Part shown: positions 58,293-64,000 of the stretch, piece after piece
Position numbering within the stretch: the first letter of the stretch is position 1
Layout: each line of letters opens with the position of its first letter
The notes under the pieces: generated by a model
What the model was told of the DNA's origin: nothing
Databases searched by the model: none
The model's input: the letters and a program-made list of their open reading frames with translations, nothing else
IMG/VR virus record: IMGVR_UViG_3300031857_000005
Span: 124,001-188,000 of that record
DNA: 64,000 bases
Strand: one strand, 5' to 3'
Made by a program: the position numbers and the translations under genes

Positions 58293-61172
58293 ATGGGAAA
58301 AATAATTCTTAAAAGTAATGGTGTTGAGACACAAATAATCAACGTAACCGATTTTACCGCATTAAGTGGAGAATCAAATGTTTACGTTTTAGGTATTAAC
58401 GATAACGGAGATGTTTTAGAACAATTTAATCCTGATGGTTCAGTAATCAAATTTGATAACAGTGGTGATAAAATCACTCAAGGAGTTTATAACGATAATA
58501 CAGGAACTTTAACACTTACCGATTTAACAGGTGGAACTTTAACCGTTACAGGTTTTACAACAGGATCAACTGAAATATACATAACAGGTGGTACATATTC
58601 CGCAAATACTATAACTTTTACAAATAATACGGGAGGAACATTTAATGTTACAGGTATTACATCTGTATATGAAGTAGGTTCAGGAAGTAGTTCCGTCCAA
58701 TTAGTGGGTGTTAGTGGTTCGGCAATTGGGGATTATTCTGTAGTAAGTGGAGGATTTAATAATACAACTTTTGGTGACTGCTCAAGTATTGTCGGGGGTT
58801 CAAATAACCTAATAACTGGACCAACAGGAATTGTGAATTCAACGTATAACGGGATATATAGTGGGAGTACATTTAGTGGTTATTATGGAAGTTATTCACC
58901 ATCATCAACATTATCAGGTTTAGGAACTGGTGCAACATTCTCATTTTATTTTAACCCACCAGGAACATTAAGTAATGTTTATGTTAATAATAACGGTAAG
59001 AATTACATTAATAATGATACTGTAACAGTACTTGGAAATGTCTTTGGCGGAACAATAGGAACAGATAATGTTACATTCCAAATTGGAACAGTTAATGCTC
59101 CGTCTAATAGTTTTATTGGTAGTGGGGAATTTAATACAATTTCAGCATACTACGGTTGTTCTGTAATTGTCGGTGGTGAAAATAATAGAACTTACGATGG
59201 TTATGATTCTGTTAAAAATAACTTTATTGGTGGGGGATGTAATAATACTTCTAGTGGATACTTCTCAACGGTTGTTGCGGGTAGAAACAATTGTTCTTTT
59301 GGTGATTGTGCCTTTGTTGGTGGTGGTTGTGGAAACCGAGCATATAGTAGATCAACAATCGCTGGTGGTAGAAGAAATACCGCAGGTATATCAGGAGGAG
59401 TTAATTCTGTAAATATTTTGGGTTCTTACACAGGTACTGGAGTTTCTCAAGGAACATATAGTGTTTATACAAATAATGTTATAAGTTCAGGAATTGGTTT
59501 AAGTTTATTAATTACTTTTGATAATTCTGGTGTTACTACAAATACCCAAGTTGAAAATAATGGTAACTTATATAACACTTCCGATCAAGTTATTGTTCCA
59601 GGAAATTTATTTAATGGTGGAACATCACCATTAAATGATATTATTTATGAGATTACTGGTACATTTACAAATTCTTACGCATCAATTATTGGTGGTTGTG
59701 GAAACAGATCTATTGGTGAGTATTCAACCATAAGTGGTGGTTATCGTAATACCGCATCAGGATATGTATCAACAATAAGTGGTGGTTATTGTAATACCGC
59801 ATCATCACAATACACGGTAATTGCTGGTGGTTGTTGTAATGAATCAAGAAAAAATTCATCAACAGTAAGTGGTGGTAGAAGTAATACAGTTGATAACGAA
59901 TACGATACAATTGGTGGTGGATATAGAAATACAACATTAGTTAGTGGAAGTGCTTGTGGGGTATCAACAATAAGTGGTGGATACCTTAATACATCTGGAA
60001 ACTATTATACATTTAATGGTGGTGGTTGTAATAATAAAACTTTAGGGGAATACTCATCAATCGTTGGGGGTTGTAATAACCAAATTCTTTCAGGTTTTGT
60101 TGATGGTGTGAATTTTAATGCGGGTGATGCTTCCTCAATACCTAATAACACATACACCGTTAATCCTACAAATATTAGTGGTTATGGTGACGGACTTCAA
60201 ATAAGTTTTGATGTAAATAGTGGTGTAGTAAGTAATATTAGTATATTAAATCCTGGTATAAGATATGAAAGTGGGAATCAAGTTTTAGTTCTTGGGACTA
60301 GTATTGGTGGTTCATCGGCAAACGATTTAACATTTGATATATCAAATGTTAAATCATCAAATCATTCATTTATTGGTGGTGGTAGAGAAAATACAACATT
60401 AAGTGATTGTTCAACCATAAGTGGAGGTTATGAGAACACTGTCAGCGGAAATTACGGATCTATAGGTGGTGGAGCAAACAATACAATATCAACATATTCT
60501 GATTACGCAACAATCGGTGGAGGTGACGACAATACAATATTATCGGGTGAAGCACCAACAATATCAGGTGGTGAAAACAATACAGTTAGTGGTCGTTATT
60601 CAACCGTTGGGGGTGGTAATTACAATGTAATAGAATCAATAACATCAAGTAATTATACTCAATACGCATCAACAATTGGTGGAGGTTCTTGTAATACAAT
60701 TTCATCATATAGTGGGTACTATGATATGTATGGTAATACAATTGCTGGTGGTACTTGTAATACAACGGTATCTTCAGAATACAACGGACAAACCATTAGT
60801 GGGGGATATAGGAATATAACAATGTCTAAATTCTCAACAGTTGGCGGTGGGTGTAACAACACATCAAGTGGTGATTATTCATTTATTGGTGGTGGTAGAA
60901 GTAACACATCAAGTAGTAATTACTCTATGATTCTTGGTGGTAATTCTAACACGACAATTGGTATAAGAAGTGCGGTTGTTGGTGGACAAAACATTATTGC
61001 AACAGATGATGATATGGTTTATATGGCAAATGCCAATATTCAGTCATCCGGATATATTTATTTTGGAGATGTGAACACAGACGGATCTTGGAGAATGAGA
61101 ATATCTGGTACAACATTTATAATAGAAAAAAGAGTTGGTGGTTCTTGGGTAACATCAGGAACATTTGTATAA
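58293..61172 (+). CDS. Tail fibre / adhesin with S-x-I-x-GG-x-x-N repeats and inserted beta-domains
   Basis: Many STISGGYxNT units; C-terminal GDVNTDGSWRMRISGTTFIIEKRVGGSW. Confidence 0.78.
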   Translation: MGKIILKSNGVETQIINVTDFTALSGESNVYVLGINDNGDVLEQFNPDGSVIKFDNSGDKITQGVYNDNTGTLTLTDLTGGTLTVTGFTTGSTEIYITGGTYSANTITFTNNTGGTFNVTGITSVYEVGSGSSSVQLVGVSGSAIGDYSVVSGGFNNTTFGDCSSIVGGSNNLITGPTGIVNSTYNGIYSGSTFSGYYGSYSPSSTLSGLGTGATFSFYFNPPGTLSNVYVNNNGKNYINNDTVTVLGNVFGGTIGTDNVTFQIGTVNAPSNSFIGSGEFNTISAYYGCSVIVGGENNRTYDGYDSVKNNFIGGGCNNTSSGYFSTVVAGRNNCSFGDCAFVGGGCGNRAYSRSTIAGGRRNTAGISGGVNSVNILGSYTGTGVSQGTYSVYTNNVISSGIGLSLLITFDNSGVTTNTQVENNGNLYNTSDQVIVPGNLFNGGTSPLNDIIYEITGTFTNSYASIIGGCGNRSIGEYSTISGGYRNTASGYVSTISGGYCNTASSQYTVIAGGCCNESRKNSSTVSGGRSNTVDNEYDTIGGGYRNTTLVSGSACGVSTISGGYLNTSGNYYTFNGGGCNNKTLGEYSSIVGGCNNQILSGFVDGVNFNAGDASSIPNNTYTVNPTNISGYGDGLQISFDVNSGVVSNISILNPGIRYESGNQVLVLGTSIGGSSANDLTFDISNVKSSNHSFIGGGRENTTLSDCSTISGGYENTVSGNYGSIGGGANNTISTYSDYATIGGGDDNTILSGEAPTISGGENNTVSGRYSTVGGGNYNVIESITSSNYTQYASTIGGGSCNTISSYSGYYDMYGNTIAGGTCNTTVSSEYNGQTISGGYRNITMSKFSTVGGGCNNTSSGDYSFIGGGRSNTSSSNYSMILGGNSNTTIGIRSAVVGGQNIIATDDDMVYMANANIQSSGYIYFGDVNTDGSWRMRISGTTFIIEKRVGGSWVTSGTFV

Positions 61173-61194
61173 AAAATTAAAAAAAAAATAAAAT

Positions 61195-64000
61195 ATGGGA
61201 TTTATAAGTGATAGTATATCGGGAACAACAATAAGTGGTGGAACTTTTTATGGTGATGGATCGGGTCTAACTGATGTGTCATTAAACGATATTTTAACAG
61301 CATCAGCGATTCTTGGTGTAAATATAAACACGTCAAGTGATTACTTAGGTATTACAGCTATTGACACATTTGATGATGAATCATCAAATTATATAAGTTG
61401 GACAAATGGATCAAACCAAGGAACTGGTTTTAATCCTTGGGTTATATCAACACAACCAAATACAGGTGTTTTTTTAGGAAATCCGGCTTCAGATGGAATG
61501 GGAACAACTGGTATTGGGACAAACGCATTCGCTTTATTTGCAACTGACGGATCAAACTATGTATCAACATCAAGAACATTTACAACACCTTTAAGTGTCG
61601 GTGAAGTGTTTTCTTTTTATTGGGCAATTAATTTTGATGCAAATGGTGGAAATAAAGGTTTTGATTTAAAAGCTGGTGGTGTAACAATATTTAATGCAAA
61701 TAATAATAATACATCAACAATTACCTCAAATTTATCAGCACCATATAATGTTGTTGATGGTGGTTATGGGACAACACCAATGCTTGTAACATTAACAAGA
61801 GACTCGTCAACACAATATACAATAACAATAACATCAAGAAGTGGTGGTCCAACATATTCAGCACCAATAAATTCTTCATTAGCAATTAATGAATTAAGTT
61901 TTTATTGTGGAGCACAAAGTGATGGATCAGGACAAAGAAATTTATATTTTAATAAATTACAAATAACACAAAATGTAAGTTTAAATAAAGTTTCTGTTGA
62001 TGAATTAAAAATCGCATTAAACGTTGGTGATATATTATATTCGGCAGGAACTGGAACCGACTCAACTGTAAGAGTAGACAATGGAAATTTTGCAAATGGT
62101 AACTGCTCAATTGTTGCTGGAGGAAGTGGAAATATTAGTGATAGTCAATATTCAACAATCGGTGGTGGATGTAATAACACAATAAATAATTTTACAACAA
62201 ATTCTAACTATTATTCGGTAGTTGGGAATTTAATTGGTGGGGGTAATCGTAATACAATTGATTCTAATACGTTAAATGATGCCGATGTTGGTGGATCAGT
62301 AATTGGTGGTGGTTATGTAAATCAATTGATTTCACCTTTTTATGGTTTCAACACGGTTAATGGTGGGGTTTTAAATAGAACATTTTTTGATTATAGTACA
62401 ATTGGTGGTGGAGCAATCAATGTTAACTTAGATTCGTTTACAACAATCGGTGGTGGAGCATTTAATACAAACTCAAGTTATACATCAACAATCGGTGGTG
62501 GTAATAATAATACAATTGGAACTTTATCTTCTTATTATAATGATCCTATTATTGGTCAAACTATAGGTGGTGGATCTTGTAATACAATGTCATCTTATAG
62601 TGCTCAGTATTATAATGGTGGTAGTACAATTAGTGGTGGATATTGTAACACAACAGTTTCTTCATATTATGGAGGGCAAACTATATCAGGAGGGTTTAAT
62701 AATATAACATCAAGTGATTATGCAACAGTTGGTGGAGGGGTTAGAAACACATCAAGTGGTTATTATTCAACTGTAAGTGGTGGGATTAACAATACATCAA
62801 GTTGTGGTGGTTCATTTATTGGTGGTGGTTGTAACAACACATCAAGTTGTAATTATTCTACCGTAAGTGGAGGTTATAGAAATACATCAAGTTGTTGTAA
62901 TTCAACAATAGGTGGTGGTAGAAGTAACACAGTAAGTTCTTGTTATTCAACTGTTAGTGGGGGTCGTAACAACGTATCCGGAATTAGCGGAACTATATCA
63001 GGAATTTATGATCAAACATATAATGGAGGAACATTTAGTGGTTATTATGGGTCATATTCACCAACCTCAACATCTTCAGGGTTTGGTAATGGAGGAACAT
63101 TCTCATTTAATTTTAATACGGGAACATTGTCTAACGTTTATGTTAACACAATTGGTCAAAGTTATGTTCAAGGAGATACGTTATTATTTGACGGTACTTT
63201 ATTTGGTGGATCAAGTGGTACTGATGATGTGACAATTAAAATTAATGTGACATCAAGTGGTAATAATTCTACCGTAAGTGGAGGTTATTGTAATACATCA
63301 ATTGGTAGTAGTTCAACAGTAAGTGGTGGTAAAAGAAACACATCAAGTGGTAGTTATTCAACAATTGGAGGTGGTAATGTTAACACATCAAGTTGTTATT
63401 ACTCAACCGTTGGTGGTGGTAGAAATAACACGTCAAGCGATTATTGTTCAACCATTGGTGGTGGTTTTAATAATAAAATTAATCCAGCATCATCCGATAG
63501 TGGTACTATATACGCATCAACAATAGGAGGAGGATCTTGTAATACAATCGGAACATTATCGGCATATTATGATGTATATGGTGCAACAATAGGTGGGGGA
63601 ACTTGTAATACAGTTGGGACATTATCCTCTTATTGTGGTGTGTATAGCTCAACAATTGGTGGAGGTTCCTTTAATATAATATCATCCTACAGTGGATACT
63701 ATGAAATGTATGGTAATACAATAGCTGGTGGTACTTTTAATACAACGGTATCTTCAGAATACAACGGACAAACAATTGGTGGAGGTCGTGGTAATGTAAC
63801 AAGGTATAATTATTCAACTGTAAGTGGGGGTAGAACTAACACATCAAGTGGTTATTATTCAACAATTGGTGGTGGTATAAATAACACATTAATAAATGGT
63901 TGTTCGGCAATACTTGGAGGAATATGTAATACGTCACAACACGATTGTTCATTTATTGTTGGTAGTGGTATATGTAGTACTGCCGCAAACACAACACACG
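61195..64000 (+). CDS. Third tail fibre / adhesin (runs off window end)
   Basis: Manual translation MGFISDSISGTTISGGTFYGDGSGL...; lectin-like N-terminal domain then STIGGGxxN repeats; reading frame appears open to 64000 (not every codon checked). Confidence 0.78.
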   Translation, partial: MGFISDSISGTTISGGTFYGDGSGLTDVSLNDILTASAILGVNINTSSDYLGITAIDTFDDESSNYISWTNGSNQGTGFNPWVISTQPNTGVFLGNPASDGMGTTGIGTNAFALFATDGSNYVSTSRTFTTPLSVGEVFSFYWAINFDANGGNKGFDLKAGGVTIFNANNNNTSTITSNLSAPYNVVDGGYGTTPMLVTLTRDSSTQYTITITSRSGGPTYSAPINSSLAINELSFYCGAQSDGSGQRNLYFNKLQITQNVSLNKVSVDELKIALNVGDILYSAGTGTDSTVRVDNGNFANGNCSIVAGGSGNISDSQYSTIGGGCNNTINNFTTNSNYYSVVGNLIGGGNRNTIDSNTLNDADVGGSVIGGGYVNQLISPFYGFNTVNGGVLNRTFFDYSTIGGGAINVNLDSFTTIGGGAFNTNSSYTSTIGGGNNNTIGTLSSYYNDPIIGQTIGGGSCNTMSSYSAQYYNGGSTISGGYCNTTVSSYYGGQTISGGFNNITSSDYATVGGGVRNTSSGYYSTVSGGINNTSSCGGSFIGGGCNNTSSCNYSTVSGGYRNTSSCCNSTIGGGRSNTVSSCYSTVSGGRNNVSGISGTISGIYDQTYNGGTFSGYYGSYSPTSTSSGFGNGGTFSFNFNTGTLSNVYVNTIGQSYVQGDTLLFDGTLFGGSSGTDDVTIKINVTSSGNNSTVSGGYCNTSIGSSSTVSGGKRNTSSGSYSTIGGGNVNTSSCYYSTVGGGRNNTSSDYCSTIGGGFNNKINPASSDSGTIYASTIGGGSCNTIGTLSAYYDVYGATIGGGTCNTVGTLSSYCGVYSSTIGGGSFNIISSYSGYYEMYGNTIAGGTFNTTVSSEYNGQTIGGGRGNVTRYNYSTVSGGRTNTSSGYYSTIGGGINNTLINGCSAILGGICNTSQHDCSFIVGSGICSTAANTTH

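Noticed and set aside
1-64000. Stop-codon reassignment (as in Lak or some crAss-like phages)
   Set aside because: Conserved genes (terL, portal, MCP, gmd) are full length in code 11, and TAA, TGA and TAG all occur as apparent terminal stops.
613-64000. tRNA, rRNA or self-splicing intron
   Set aside because: No cloverleaf or T-loop signatures were seen in the short intergenic gaps, and terL, portal and MCP are uninterrupted. Not computationally scanned.

Overview
This is a 64-kb segment of a very AT-rich, T4-like (myovirus-type) large/jumbo phage genome, most likely infecting a Bacteroidota host. It uses the standard genetic code. From left to right it holds: (1) a divergent Clp ATPase / Hsp20 chaperone pair; (2) KTSC, a nucleotidyltransferase and several acidic putative head proteins; (3) the head module (large terminase, portal, prohead protease, scaffold, major capsid protein) with an antisense ribosomal protein bS21 embedded in it; (4) a secreted protein with a T9SS-like C-terminal signal directly after the capsid gene; (5) Cys-rich paralogues, baseplate-type genes and a gp55/sigma-like gene; (6) a ~17-kb operon with about 11 glycosyltransferase-like genes, 4 FkbM-type methyltransferases, gmd/fcl (GDP-fucose), PhoH, dUTPase and an exonuclease; (7) a stand-alone WYL protein; (8) three long repeat-rich tail-fibre genes interrupted by a sulfotransferase and a GT9-like gene. 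A TATTTAT motif lies 4-31 nt upstream of at least 17 structural or late-type genes on both strands. All product calls come from motif recognition by eye; no database searches were run.
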